DNA of 64,000 nucleotides from Octopus sinensis (GCF_006345805.1 NC_043002.1:92256001-92320000); one strand, 5' to 3'. Shown: positions 25,861 to 40,373, counted from the first letter of the stretch. Translations and numbers: made by a program. The notes: generated by a model not told the origin, from the letters alone.

Positions 25861-28054
25861 ATATGGGTTATATGTATATTTATGTGGAATTGAAGGCACA
25901 ATATGGCCGAATTGTTAAGAAGATTTATTTTTCACAACCAGAGATCCTGGGTTCGATTCTATGAAGTGGCATCTTGGCCAAGTGTCATTTTCTATAAGTC
26001 TCGCGTCGGTCATACCTATAGAGTGAAATGAGTGGACGCAAACTCTATGGAAACTCGTTAGATGGGTTGTGCAGCCAAGTATCCCGTTGGTTGTGCATGA
26101 GAATTGTACCAAGGGTGCATCTATCTGTGGAAGGATCGGCCACTCACACTCACACTCACACATTCAATGAACTGGTAATTCACTTCATCGAGCAACTAAA
26201 CGTTCATCGTCGAAACCGACTGAGAACCATCCAACCATTTGTATTTGTTAAAGTAAGTTTAAGATTATGATATTTGTATAATTAATAGAAACGTCAAACC
26301 TAAGTTTCACTAATCTGAAATAATCCGATATATGATGTTAAATACAAGACGACTGTTCAACAAGAATTTTTGAAATTCTCACACTTTCTGCAGAGTAATT
26401 TTTGTTCGTTACTGTTGTGTTGTCGTTGTTGTTGCTGCTACTGCTGCTGTTGCAGTTGTTGTTGCTGTTGTAGTTTTTCCTGGTTTGATGTACTCAGAAT
26501 TACTAAAAGAATTCAGTAACACATTTTTATCATGATAATAAAACACACTGCCTGTTTCTACCATGTTTATATATCTCTAGAAGATTTTTGTAACTAGATA
26601 CCAAATGGAAGCCGATGGTGAATTCAGCGAAATTGGACTAATCATATATGAATGGCATGTACTTTTAGATACCAGAAGTATATAAGCTCGGATAATTAGA
26701 TTGCATCATTTCAAAAACCAACAGTTGCGGACAGCAGAAATCCAATTTCATTGTCCGTCAAACAGCAGATGTAATGATGCTGCCTTAAGGTATGTGCACA
26801 CTTTACTTACCCGGAGGACACACGGGTCTGACAGTGGGGTGCAGTGCTGTTTATGCCGTGCTTGTGTATGTAGGGCGCAGTCCATTGCTTTGCCTAGGGA
26901 CTTGTAATTCTGTTAAGACAGACCATATCAGATAAGTAAATTTTGACACAAAGCCAACAATTTCGAGAATGTGGGCAAGTCGATTACACCAACCCCAATG
27001 TTCAACTGATCCTTAATTTATCGACCCCGAAAAAGGAAAGGTTAAGTCGACCTCGGCTGAATTTGAACTTAGAACGTACAGTGGAACGAACTGCCGCAAA
27101 GTATTTTGCCCGGCGTGTTAAAAAATTCTGTCAGCTCGTTACCTTAGAGATGTGTACATATTAATATGCTTTCTGAATCCGTACACTTTTTAATGATTAA
27201 ATGCAAATAAATATTCACTAATGAAATTAATGAATTTAATTAAATAGTGAAAGTTATAGATCTTAAACACTCTTCAAATAATTGTCTGTGCACTGACTGG
27301 GTCGATTAAACTCAGTGTCGCCTATATCAACATCAAATTAACGAAGTGATCACGCGATAAAATCCATTTCAAATTAAAACACGTAAGACAGGAACAAACT
27401 GCGCTTGTGTTAAAATACTTTCCGTCCTTAAAAAGCAATTAGATTAGGCACAACCGCATTCATGTGACGAGTGAATTTCAATAAAGACACCTATACAGAA
27501 TGAATTCCAATGAGTCATCGACAAAAGACCGTAAGTTCGAGTCAGTCACGCCGGTTGCTCAGATGTGTCTCCTTTATTGGCGGCGTGCTCCAGTAACCCA
27601 GCTGGTAAGAGGCTTGGTTGGTAGGCCGGTTTGAGGATTGGAGTCCTGGTAGTCGAACTTCTATAGCGATCGGAGTGTCCACGCTAAGCTCGGCATCAAT
27701 ATGGTGCTGGTGAGGGAGCTCATTAGGACCAGGTTTTCTAACAAGGGTTCATTCGGCCCAGGGCGGAAACACAGTAAACAAAAGATTCGGTGTCGAGCAG
27801 TAGTGGGAACACACCTGTGAATAATCATCGGTTGGCAACCTGTTCGATACAACTAAACACCAATCTCTCTTCATAGATGCAGGTGTGGCTGTGTGGTAAG
27901 AAGCTTGCTTCCCGATCAAATGGTTGCGATCATCACTGCGTACCACCTTGGGCAGGTGTTTTCAACTGTTGTGTCAAGGCGTGCAACGCCTTGTGAATCG
28001 ATTCACATGACGGAAACTGAATGAAACTTGTGTGCGTATGTATATATATATATG

Positions 28055-28218
28055 TCTTCCCTTCTCGGGATCTTTCCTTCTCCTTTGTTTCCGACGAAGA
28101 GCTCCGCTCGAAACGTTAAACCCTCCTTCTTCCCTTCTTTCCTGAGCGTCCAATAATACTTTATTTGTTCCACGTCCTCGCGTTGCTGTGTTTCTTTTGT
28201 GTTTTCTTGTTTGGATTA
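28055..28218 (+). mobile_element. (TA)n-flanked pLTR-like element with a minimal hammerhead (28087-28121)
   Basis: gttt-CCGACGA-a-gagc-tcc-gctc-GAAA-cg-TT|aaac. A related element lies at 28805-29000. Confidence 0.6.
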
Positions 28219-28220
28219 AC

Positions 28221-28280
<60 letters not shown>

Positions 28281-28281
28281 A

Positions 28282-28349
<68 letters not shown>

Positions 28350-28386
28350 TATATACATATATATATAATATATATATATATATAGA

Positions 28387-28449
<63 letters not shown>

Positions 28450-28804
28450 CTTAAGAACAAATTTACTTAGAAATGTATGCGTGCGTTCTGTCGTGTAATA
28501 ACCAATTGATAAATTAATAGATAAAACATATGCATATATATACATACATATATGTACGTACCTACATCTACATGTATATATACATGCATATATGGGTACA
28601 GGACACCAAAAAAACGTCGAACACAATGAGAAACGAAACCTTGGGCAAGTGTCTTCTACTATACATACATACATACACACATACATACATACATACATAC
28701 ATACATACATACACACATACATACATACTATACATACATACATACACACATACATACATACAAACATACATACATGTATGTATGTATGTATGTATGTATG
28801 TGTA

Positions 28805-29000
28805 TATATTGGCGATATTCTTCCCTCGTTCTTCGTTTTCTCTTGGATTTTCGTCTCCTGTTTCTGAAGAAGAGCTTTGCTCGAAACGCAAAACCACCTT
28901 TCTTTCCTTCCCTGAACTTCTGCATATACTTTACATGTACCACGTCCTCACATTGTTGTTTTCTTTTTCTTGTTTGTGTTCTTCGCTTTTTGGGGTTACT
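28805..29000 (+). mobile_element. (TA)n-flanked pLTR-like element with a minimal hammerhead (28860-28894)
   Basis: gttt-CTGAAGA-a-gagc-ttt-gctc-GAAA-cg-CA|aaac; U16.1 is mutated to C. Confidence 0.55.
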
Positions 29001-29018
29001 ATACATATATTATATATA

Positions 29019-29060
<42 letters not shown>

Positions 29061-29882
29061 ATATATATATACGTCGTTGTAAAATAGCAGTTCAGCAAAA
29101 GTGACCGATGAAATAAGTTACCAGACTTATAAAGTATGTGCTGGGATCGGTTCGGTCGATTAAAATTCTTCAAGGTGTTGCCCCAACATGGCTGCAGTCT
29201 AATGACTGAAACAAGTATAAGATAAAAAAAAAATGCAAGATAAACAAGGGAGCACAAATAGCGAATCTAGTGTATTTCTTTATTCAAAGTAGATCATGGG
29301 GAAAATAATAAACATGAGAAAAGCTTAATGAAGAATCTGGCTTTATATGGACTTTGAGCAGAAAGCTTTTAATAAAATCATATGAGTGCATCTCACGCTA
29401 AACGCTATCGCTATTGCAAGAAATATAGCAAGGCGTTATACGCTCACATATGCAGACAGGCACACATGTGCGCGCACACATACATACATACATACAAACA
29501 TACGTGTGTACGTGTGTGTTGTGTGTGTGTGTGTGTGTGTATGTGCGTATGTGCGTGTGTGCGTATGTTTGTACATATACATACATATTTAGTTTGTATG
29601 GTTTATTGATCACAGCATATAAACTCTTTAGAATTCTGTGCGTTCGGTTGTATTTCAAAGGATCCGTTTATGAGTAGCAGATTCGTTAATGTTCCTTGTT
29701 TCTTTCTATAGTTCCAGTATCATGAACACAGAGTACGAACATAAGGCAAGTGCGGAGACAGCTATTTGCATTTATATCCTAGCTACTCGGTGTGAATCAT
29801 TAACAATTATCTCTGTTGTATAAGGAAGAACCTTATAAACAGAAAAACGTAAATATTTGTTTCCACATTACAGCCGCAGGCT

Positions 29883-29982
29883 NNNNNNNNNNNNNNNNNN
29901 NNNNNNNNNNNNNNNNNNNNNNNNNNNNNNNNNNNNNNNNNNNNNNNNNNNNNNNNNNNNNNNNNNNNNNNNNNNNNNNNNN
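29883..29982. other. Assembly gap (100 N)
   Basis: Run of N. Confidence 1.
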
Positions 29983-30128
29983 CATGCATATATAAATATA
30001 TATACGTGAGTACAGGACAACCACAAATAGACGCAGAACTCAACAAGAACGAAAACGTAAAAAACAGCATGGAACGAACCGTTTTTTACAAAGAAAAACA
30101 GATATATAATTATATATATATATATATA

Positions 30129-30697
30129 TAGGGTGGCACAAAAGTAGGTTAACTGTTATTCAACTATCTCTTTGGCATTCATATATTAACAGTTTAGATC
30201 TTAATTATGAAAAATATGAAGCCATTATTTCATTCTAATTTAGTTAAATATGTCAAGGTCCTTTCTCAGTTTGTAATTGTTATTTTTTTTATAGGTACTG
30301 TAAAGTTTGAGCCATGGAAAACAATTGGCCACCACTACGTTCACCTGACCTGACACCAATGGATTTCTTTTTTGGAGGGGTGAAGTAAAGAACAAGGTTT
30401 ATGAGAAGAATCCCAAAACAGTTGATGAATTGAAAGATTACATTTCTGACTCATTCACTGAAATTGATGGAGATCGGAATTTGTGCCGCACTGTGTGCAA
30501 GAATCTTCTGAAGAGGTTTGAATAATGTTGGAAAGTTGAAGGAGGATATTTTGAGCTTCTGAGAAATTAAACATTGTCTGTTGAAGATGTGCATAAACAA
30601 TATAATTGTAAGGTAGAAATTTAAATGTAATAAAATGTTTTAAAGAAAATTAAAGTGCCTACGTGATAACTGTAAACCTACTTTTGGGTCACACTGT
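30129..30697 (+). mobile_element. Internally deleted Tc1-like element
   Basis: Imperfect TIRs agggtggcacaaaagtaggttaactgtt / aactgtaaacctacttttgggtcacactg; internal WPLRSPDLTPMDFFF...KVYEKNPKTVDELKDYI...EGGYFE. Confidence 0.8.
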
Positions 30698-30727
30698 GTG
30701 TATGTATGTATATATATATACGTGTAT

Positions 30728-31082
30728 CGCAATGGCCCAGTGGTTAGAGCAGCGGTTTCGATTCCCAGACCGGGCGTTGTGAGTGTTTATTGAGCGAAAA
30801 CACTAAAGCTCCACGAGGCTCCGGCAGGGATAATGTGATCCCGGCTGTACTCTTTCACCACAACTTTCTCTCACTCTTACTTCGTTTCTGTTGTACCTGT
30901 AATTCAAAGGGCCGGCCTTGTCACTCTCTGTGTCACGCTGAATATCCCCGAGAACTACGTTAAGGGTACACGTGTCTGTGGAGTGCTCAGCCACTTACAC
31001 GTTAATTTCATGAGCAGGCTGTTCCGTTGATCGGATCAACCGGAACCCTCGTCGGCGGAACCGACGGAGTGCTTCCATCCAT
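30728..31082 (+). mobile_element. SINE family C (C head plus T tail)
   Basis: tggcccagtggttagagc head; tail ...ggatcaaccggaaccctcgtcg..accgacggagtgcttccatcc shared with 48218 and 38696. Confidence 0.85.
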
Positions 31083-31240
31083 CATATATATATACATACA
31101 TATACAAATTTTTTTCATGTTTGTTGCGCACACACACACACGTCTTTGCTTGCATATACGCAGTGAAGCTATACATTAGCGTCGTATTTATATCGATTGC
31201 TATTTTCCAGTAAATATTGGGGCCTTGTACCATTTAGCTA

Positions 31241-31273
<33 letters not shown>

Positions 31274-31275
<2 letters not shown>

Positions 31276-31672
31276 AGTGGCTGTGTGGTAAGTAGCTTGT
31301 TTACCAACCACATGGTTCCGGGTTCAGTCCCACCCGTGGCATCTTGGTAAGTGTCTTCTACTATAGCCTCGGGCCGACCAAGCCTGCGAGTGGATTTGGT
31401 AGACGGAAACTGAAAGAAGCCCGTCGATATATGTATATATATATGTGTGCGTGTATGTTTGTGTGTCTGTGTTTGTCCCCCTAGCATTGCTAGACAACCG
31501 ATGCTGGTGTGTTTATGTCCCCTTTACTTAGCGGTTCGGCAAAAGAGACCGATAGAATAAGTACTGGGCTTACAATAGAATAAGTCCTGGGGGTCGAGTT
31601 GCTCGATTAAAGGCGATGCTCCAGCATGGCCGCAGTCAAATAACTAAAACAAGTAAAAGAGTAAAAAAGAGT
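31274..31672 (+). mobile_element. SINE family A, full length
   Basis: Head, internal microsatellite and tail as in the other copies. Confidence 0.9.
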
Positions 31673-32116
31673 AATATATATATATATATATAGTAATAAT
31701 AACCCATTCTGCTAGAAGCACCAGGTCTGAATTTTAGTGGGAGGGATCTACTCAATTACATCGACCCCAGTGTTTCACTGGCACTTAATTTATCGATCCG
31801 GAAAGGATGAAAGGCAAAGTCGACCTCGGCGGAATTTGAACTTAGAACGTAGCGGCAGACGAAATACTGCATTCGCCCGGAACGCTAATAATTCACATGT
31901 TCCTTAAGTTCACAGTCCGTATTCCTGAGATGATTACAGTGTAGTCCGTAGTATCAGTGGGTTGATCATCTTCATAGATTAATTTGTTCAGCTGATATAA
32001 CATTAATGGATGTTTAACAGAGGGACGTTTACCCATTTTGATCAGTGCGAATGTTGAGTTATATTTATCCTACATTATGTCGGTACAGCTCGATGCAACC
32101 CACAAAAACTGTGGGT

Positions 32117-32179
<63 letters not shown>

Positions 32180-32772
32180 AAATATGAATTAGAGATAAAA
32201 CCACAATTAGGCAAACTCAACAGTGATAGACATAAACCAATAAATAAAAATATATTTATTTATTCATTTATGTATTGGGTTATGTCTATCACTGTTTGAG
32301 TTGCCTAGTAGTGGCTTTATCTCTAATTCATATTTTATATATTTATACTGTGAAATTTGATTTAATCCTAAATCTAATTTTTCCCTGTAAGTTGGAGCCA
32401 TACTCCCTAATATTATTATTATTATTATTATTATATTTATTATTATTATTATTATATTTATTATTATTATATATATATGTTTAAGTAGTGAATGAAATAT
32501 CCTAGTATGGATAATTCGGTTAACCGATACCGGGTAGCAAATTTACGTCAGAAAGCACGGTTAAAGCTACATGCCAAGGGCAGAAATCACGTGCTTTCGT
32601 GTGGAAATTTGTGTTTTTTTACAATAGATAAATGAAAGAATGGAGTCGAACGACGATTAACAGAATTCCTTTATTCTCGACATAAAGGAATTCTGTTAAA
32701 TCGTCGTTCGACTCCATTCTTTCATTTATCTATCTATCTACTACTATCTATATATCTTATATATATATATAG

Positions 32773-32817
<45 letters not shown>

Positions 32818-33489
32818 TATAATATAAAGGAATGTCTGTTCTGGAATAAATAGAGAGTCTACTGCTCATACGAAAAGCACACATTTCAACATCAACACAA
32901 GGAATTTTGGTGAAACATAGCTATCACAATTTCTGTGTAAATAGTTGCATTGTTATACAGTTATGAAAAATCATGTACTACTGTCACAGAGGTCAGCAGC
33001 CCGGCAGAAATGAACATTTTTTTTTAAATCGGTAAGGAAAATTTTTTATGGGCCGATGCTTCTAAACTTATCGTTTCTCTAATCAAATTATGACTTTACA
33101 TTAATTTATAATAAATATTAGTTCGCTTGACTGTCTAAAGTGACAATCACAAGTTAGTATTTTCAGAAATAAAGAAGTAACCAGCTAACAAACACTTTAG
33201 AAATAGAGTGTGTAAACAGAATAGTAAAATTATGCAAGGTCTTTCCAAAGTTCCTTGTAGAACATTTACCGTTTTTTTAAATTCAAATTTCAGTGATGGT
33301 GTTTTCTGCCTGTGTTGCAAACCAGCTCCTTCTGTATACGACAAATTAAAATAATAATAAAAAAAAAACCCAATTCATACAACACGTGCATATATGCATG
33401 CAGACACACACATGCATACATACATGCATGCGTACACACATGCACATACAAAATTATGTTGATAAAGTATAAGTACTGAAGATGTTGAT

Positions 33490-33499
33490 GATGAGGGTA

Positions 33500-33542
<43 letters not shown>

Positions 33543-33711
33543 CGATGATAATGATGATGGTGATAAGGAAGAGGAGGGGGAGGAGGACGATGATGAGGAT
33601 GAGGACGAGGAGGGGAAGGTATTGATGAGGATGATGATTATGATGGATGACGACGACAGCGTTGAGACAACGTCGATGACGATGACAATGAGAAAGACGA
33701 CGTCACGACAG

Positions 33712-33747
<36 letters not shown>

Positions 33748-34560
33748 CAACGACGATGATTTTCCCGACGACTACGACGACGTTAATGATAATGATGATG
33801 AGGATTTTCCAAAGATTTACATAAAGGAGGAATGGCACCGTCCATGATATTCTTCGGAGGCACCATAACTAGCGGGGAGAAGGAAAATTATTCCAGACCA
33901 TAGACTTAGCCCGAACGCTTGCGACAACTTGGAGTTCTCAAAAAGACAGCCAAGGATCAGGTGTTAGAGTAACAATGGCTGACTAAGAAAATCTACCACC
34001 TAAGCTAGAGATACCCAGCTTTTCTGCGGTGATCTTCCACAGGGGATCCAACAAGAAAATTTCATCCACAAGGCTAAAGCCGACAAGAGACTGTGGTAGA
34101 AGACACTTAACCCCAAGGTGCAGAACAGAAGGATCGAACTTGGATCTGCGTAGTTGCTACGACGACGACGATAACGATCATGATCATTATCATGATGGTC
34201 TTGGTGGTGGTGGTGGTGGTGTTGTTGGTGGTAGTGATGGTGGTGGTGGTGGCGGTAGAGAAGGAGGAGGAAGCGGATAAAGATGGCAATGGATTACACT
34301 TTTTAAACAATGTTCTACTGGTAATAGATTCAATGGAATACGTTGATATTCAGCTGAAGAAATTTCGTCTTCGTGAAATCAGATTATTCACAGATTAGCC
34401 ATGGGACTTTCTGGACACACACACACACGCACTCATCCACAGTGGGTGTGTAGCTGAAGGTAGGATAAGCAGTAGGAAAAATATTGTCTATACATATTTA
34501 TGCATGGATACTTGGTGACATACACACACATATTTGAATATATACATATATATATAAGTA

Positions 34561-34614
<54 letters not shown>

Positions 34615-35013
34615 CATACATACACACATAGATAAACTTGTATACATGTAGATTTATGTACATACACATATGTATATTTACACATATCTATATATGCATA
34701 TATATATATATATATATATATATAGTATGCATATATATATATGTATGCATATATATAAATATATATATGTACATTTGTACATATACTTATGAAAATATTT
34801 ATATATATGTCGCTGTGTGTGTATGTGTGCATACACACACACACGCACACATAAATATAATATAAAATATATATGTATATACATACCTATGTATGTATAT
34901 ATTATACATATATACATATGCATATAAGTATGTACATATGTAAGTATGTATATATATATGTATATATATGTATATATATATATACATATATATATATTTT
35001 TGTACATATATAT

Positions 35014-35045
<32 letters not shown>

Positions 35046-35051
35046 TTGTAC

Positions 35052-35083
<32 letters not shown>

Positions 35084-35085
35084 AA
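33490..35085. repeat. (GAT/GAC)n, (GGT)n and long (TA)n-rich microsatellite blocks
   Basis: Direct reading. Confidence 0.9.
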
Positions 35086-35789
35086 TCTTCTTATCATATG
35101 TGTATACAGGGAGATATTGCAATAAGTTGAATCAGTCAATTGACCTTTCGGGATCAAAGGCATCACTCATCAATAGGTGATTAGCTCCTATTTAACCTCA
35201 GAGAGAATATAACATTAGGAGATACGATACTAATAACAAAGCAGCTGAAATACTTGCAAAGACAAATCAAAGACGAATGGCGGATTGAATTCTCTCTATC
35301 TGCTTATGTCTTCCTTCACTGCACTGGCAACTATTTGTTATGGTTTAGCAAGAAGGTGAAGAGAAGAGTCACACCATTGACCCTAACCAGTTTCCAGTTG
35401 AAGGCAGAGCATCAAGATATCGAGTTAACCTCCGACTAAAGCCCCTGTGTATACATTATATTAATAGTGTCACTGTTAAATATAATGTCTCTATAAGCCC
35501 CGGTATAAACATTATATTAATAGTGTTAACCGTCAAGCGTAATCTATCACCAAGTGGATACTTGTATTACACGTTTCATATCTTGGCTGTACTTTCTCTA
35601 TCTCTTTTAACATCTTCCATCATATCGGTCTGTTTAATGGAGGATATCATGCGTTGTCTCTTCATCTGCTTAATTCATTCCTTATTTTTGAGAATCTGTT
35701 GTTGTTTAATCCCGGGTCAGTTCGGTTCAAGCAAACAATATGGTTTAACGTAATTCCAGTCGTGTCCCTCCAATTCAAACAGTGTATAA

Positions 35790-36026
35790 ATACTCTTTTT
35801 CTTCTTTCAGTCATTTGACTTTGGCCATGCTAGAGCGCCGCCCTAAAGGGGTGGTTTTTTATCGAAGAAATAGACCCCACGACTCATTCTTTGTAAGCCT
35901 AGTACTTTTTGTATCGATTCTCCTTGCCGAACCGCTAAGTAACGAGGATATAAATACACCAACATCGGTTGTCAAGCGATGGCGGTGAACAAAAACAGAC
36001 ACGAAGACACACATAAATATACCCCC

Positions 36027-36088
<62 letters not shown>

Positions 36089-36292
36089 GTTATCGCCATA
36101 CTTCGAACAGGTTTATAATGGACGCAGGTTGTGTGTCAAATAGCTAGCTTGAGGCAGTGGCCTCTTGGAGCTAATCAGCGACAGCTTTAGTCTTATATTT
36201 ATAAGACTGCCATATAAGTATAGCGATAACTATTAATTTCCAGTAACGCTGCCGTAATCTCCTTTAGAGAGACTTAGTAATTTTAATATTTC

Positions 36293-36332
<40 letters not shown>

Positions 36333-36470
36333 GTCAGGTTTCTTTCTGTTTCCGTCTACCAAATCCACTCACACGGCTTTGGTCGGCCTGAGGCTACAGT
36401 AGAAGACGCTTGCCCAAGATGCCACTCAACGGGACTGAACACGGAATCATGTGATTGGGAAGCAAGCTTC
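35790..36470 (-). mobile_element. SINE family A, with ~210 bp of unrelated sequence inside its internal (TA)n
   Basis: Tail at 35790-36010 and head at 36335-36470, in the correct order and orientation. Confidence 0.7.
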
Positions 36471-36683
36471 TTCACACACACACACACACACACTCACACC
36501 TGCATATATATCAGGTCATTCCATAAATAATGCCAGAAATATATATGTAATATATGTAATTTCTATCAAATTTTACAGTACTCTGAAATGTCAAATAGTG
36601 TTGGTTGATACTCATATGACTTTCGAAACCTTTAACTTAATATAATTTCTTTCTACAGAATAATCTGACTGAATTAATTACTA

Positions 36684-37560
36684 ATGGACGTATCGAAGCA
36701 GCGTTTAAGACACATAATGCTTTATGAGTTCAAAAACGGAAACACTGCAGCATAAGTAACCCGAGATATCCATTCTGTTTATGGGAAAGAGAGCTTAAAC
36801 GAAAGAAGTTGCAGATGGTTTGCAAAGTTCAGAAATGGCGATTTCAGCCTAAGAGAAAGAGGCCGCGAATAGGACGCCCTATTGAATTTGATGATAAGCT
36901 TGAGAAGGATAGTACTGTATCAGTTGAAGAATTGGCAAGGAAGCTCAATTCTAGCAATTCAACAGTTCACTGCCATCTTCAGCAACTTGGAAAAGTGCTC
37001 AAACTCGGAAAATGGGTTATCTCTGATTTGACAGAAGACAACCGAAAATCAGGAGTGGACAACTGCTCATCTTTTCACTCTCGTGTACATATCTCATCAC
37101 TTCTGGACAGATTAGTGACTGATGATGAAAAACTGATTTTTATGAAAATGTTAAACAACGCAGGCAATGGCTTAGTGGTGGAGAATAGACTAAACCACAA
37201 CCCAAAAAGAACCTCTCTGTGAAAAGGTTTTTCTTTTTGTTTGTTGAGATTGCATTTGAGCCATCCACTTTGAGCTGCTAAGAATTAATGAAACAATTAC
37301 TACTCACATCTACTGCCAACAATTAAAGCGTTTGGATGTTGCTTTGAAGGAAAAAAGGCTGCTTTGCGAATCGTACGGTGTGTTTCCTTGTGATAATGCT
37401 AGACCCCACATTGCAAAGATTACATCAGAAAAAATAAAATAATTTTCTGGGAAAAAATCCCTCACTCGCCTTGTTCCCCGGACCTCTCTCCCTCTGATAC
37501 CCTCTCATCAAAACCAAAAAAGTTTTTCCACCAATGGAATTTAAAATATAATCGAATATA
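36684..37560 (+). mobile_element. Decayed mariner transposase
   Basis: MDVSKQRLRHIMLYEFKNGNTAA..., LGKVLKLGKWV, RLVTDDEK, DNARPH, SPCSPDLSPSD, with several frameshifts. Confidence 0.85.
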
Positions 37561-38695
37561 CAGCAGGTCTTGGTGTCCTTCTCCGGGTTTGACCACAGTC
37601 GATTTTTAAGAAAGAAACAAAGAAACAAAGAAAGAAAGAAACAAACAAACAAACAAACAAAGAAGGAAAGAAAAATAGAAAGAAAGAAAGTAAAAGGGAA
37701 GAAATGAAGACAGAAAGAAGTGATCTAAATGTTTCTGGTTCCGTTGGTTTATCATAGCGCCAGAATCTAAGCGTAAAATCTTTAGAAAGTTTTTTGATAA
37801 ATTCCAGTTTTCAAGCGAGACGACCCTATAATCTTTTTGTACTATGACTCAGTTTACTCGGTAATATGTTTTATATAAAACCAGCTGATCCAGAATAAAT
37901 AATGTACAATGACTAAAACGAATTTTCAAAATGGAACAGAAATGTCACGTGATCAGTGATTCGTAACAAAACTGGTCTGCTTTCTGACCAGTATCTAGCA
38001 GTATTTAACCGACAACTTAACCGTTTTCTTACCATAATTCTAAGGAATGTTAATTAGTGGGGTATAATATTTGTCACCAGACGAAATGCTTAGCGGTATT
38101 TCGCCCGTCGTTACGTTCTGAGTTCAAATTCAGCCAAGGTCAAATTAATTACCGGTGAAACACTGGGGTCGATTTAATCGACTCATCCCCTATTCCAAAA
38201 TGGCCGCCTTTTTGCAAAATATGAAACAAATATTTCAGGGCGTAATAAGGCGGCGAGCTGGCAGAGTCGATAGCAGACCGGGCAAAATGCTTAGCGACAT
38301 TTCGTCTGTCATTACGTTTTGAGTTTGAATTCCGGCAGGACCACTTTGCTTTTTATCCTTTCAAGGTCGATAAATTAAGTACAAGTCAAATACTGGGGTT
38401 GATATGATTGATTTAGCCCCTTCCACCCCCACCCCCGAAATTGCTAGTCTTGGGCCAAAACTTGAAACCATTATTTCAGGTTGTAATGACCAAGTCTGAT
38501 ACGAGCCCAGTGCCTTCACGTTAATGGTATCTAGAATGAACCGCTATCAATGGTCGTGGATACCCAATGAAAAGTAATGTTGAAATAAAGAGTGAACATG
38601 GCTCACCGGCAGATAATGAGTTCTTGACTGACAATCACCTGGAGATGGTGTGTCAGAAAAAAGGAAAACACTGATGGTGAATCGTATGATTGAAT

Positions 38696-39012
38696 TGGGA
38701 CTCCGTCGGTTACGACGACGAATGTTCCAGTTGATCCGACCAACAGAACTGAGTGAAATTAACGTGCAAGTGGCTGAGCACTCCACAGACACGCGTACCC
38801 TTAACGTAGTTCTCAGGGAGATTCAGCGTGACACAGAATGTGACATGATCGGCCCTTTTGAATTACAGGTTTTACTCGTTTTTGTCAGACGAGTAGACTG
38901 GAGCAACGTGAAATAAAGTGTCTTGCTCAAGGACACAACACTTCCCCGGGAATCGAACTGACGACCTTACAATCGTGATCCGAATATCCTAATCACTAAG
39001 CCATGCGCCTTC
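38696..39012 (-). mobile_element. Chimeric SINE: D-type head plus T tail
   Basis: 38900-39012 matches the family D head; 38696-38870 matches the family C tail. Confidence 0.75.
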
Positions 39013-39099
39013 AATGTATGATTTATATGTGACGCAGTGACGCGGGCATTTGTATAAATTAGATATGAAAAGGTAAGCCTTATTATTAATTGATAGTGA

Positions 39100-39438
39100 A
39101 GGCGTATAGCTCAGTGGGTAGAGTGTCGGGCTCACAATCCTGAGGTAGTGAGTTCGATTCTCGGACCAGGTTGTGTGTTGTGTTCTTGAGCAAGACACTT
39201 TATTCCGTATTGCTCCAGAAAGCTCAGTTGCGGAAATGAGTTGTGATGTCACAAGTGCCAAGCTGTATCTGCCTTTGCCTTTCACTTGGATAACAATGGT
39301 CGGTCGCGTGGACAAGGGAGATTCGCATGCATGGGCGACTGCTGGTCTACCCTAAACAATCTTACCTGGACTTGTGCCTCAAAGGGGAAGTTTCTAGGTG
39401 CAATCCCATTGTCATTCGTGACCGAACGGAATCCTTTT
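39100..39438 (+). mobile_element. SINE family D, full length
   Basis: tagctcagtgggtagag (A box) and gagttcgattctc (B box); the body is homologous to 9603-9948. Confidence 0.85.
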
Positions 39439-39989
39439 TCTTAATTAATTGATCTAGGACACAAATATCATCGGGAGCTTTATCTTGTCGTAATGCAGGA
39501 TTGTGCTTTCTGAGAATTGTGATGTCTGACTCGACTGAAGTCGCCAAATTAATAGAATTTAGAGAGATTTAATAAAAAAAATTAACTACATTTTCCGATA
39601 CTAATTTAATACAAGATTCTGACAGAAAATCGTTTTCGAAAGGTTTCAATTTGAATACGAACACTTTAAATCTGTATATTTTTTTATCATGGTATTATTA
39701 GCGATGTCATAAATGTGAGAAACGTTCCATAGCCACAAGGTGCTGATATAACAGAGTCCAGTTGGTGTGAACACAATAATTATACCGATTCTGACAATCA
39801 TTATTATTGTTGTTGTTGTTGTTAATGGTGTTGTTGCTGCAGCTTCTGCTGCTACTGCTGTGGCTGATAGTTATGATCACCAGCGTTTCAACCATGACAA
39901 TTCCGTCTGTTTGTAAATCTATGATTATTATTGCACGATATTTCAGTCTGTTTAAAAGACAGTAAGATGTGATTACTATTCTACTCTTT

Positions 39990-40373
39990 TACCTTTTTAC
40001 TTGTTTCAGTCATTTGACTGTGGCCATGCTGGGGCACCGCCTTTAGTCGAGCAAATCAATTCCAGGACTTATTCTTTGTAAGCCTAGTACTTATTCTATC
40101 AATATCTTTTGCCGAACCGCTGCGTTACGGGGGACATAAACACACCAGAATCGGTTGTCAAGCGATGTTGGCGGGGGGACAAACACAGGCACACAAACAT
40201 ATACATACACACATACATATATATATACGACGGGCTTCTTTCAGTTTCCGTCTACCAAATCCACTCACAAGGCTTTGGAGGCCCGAAGCTATAGTAGAAG
40301 GTACCTCACAGTGGGACTGACCCGGAACCATGTGGTTGGTAAGCAAGCTACTTACCACATAGCCACTCCTACG
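39990..40373 (-). mobile_element. SINE family A, full length
   Basis: Head, internal microsatellite and tail as in the other copies. Confidence 0.9.

Noticed and set aside
38567-38674. Short protein-like frame MKSNVEIKSEHGSPADNEFLTDNHLEMVCQKKGKH*
   Set aside because: Only 35 aa, sandwiched between SINEs, with no supporting exons.
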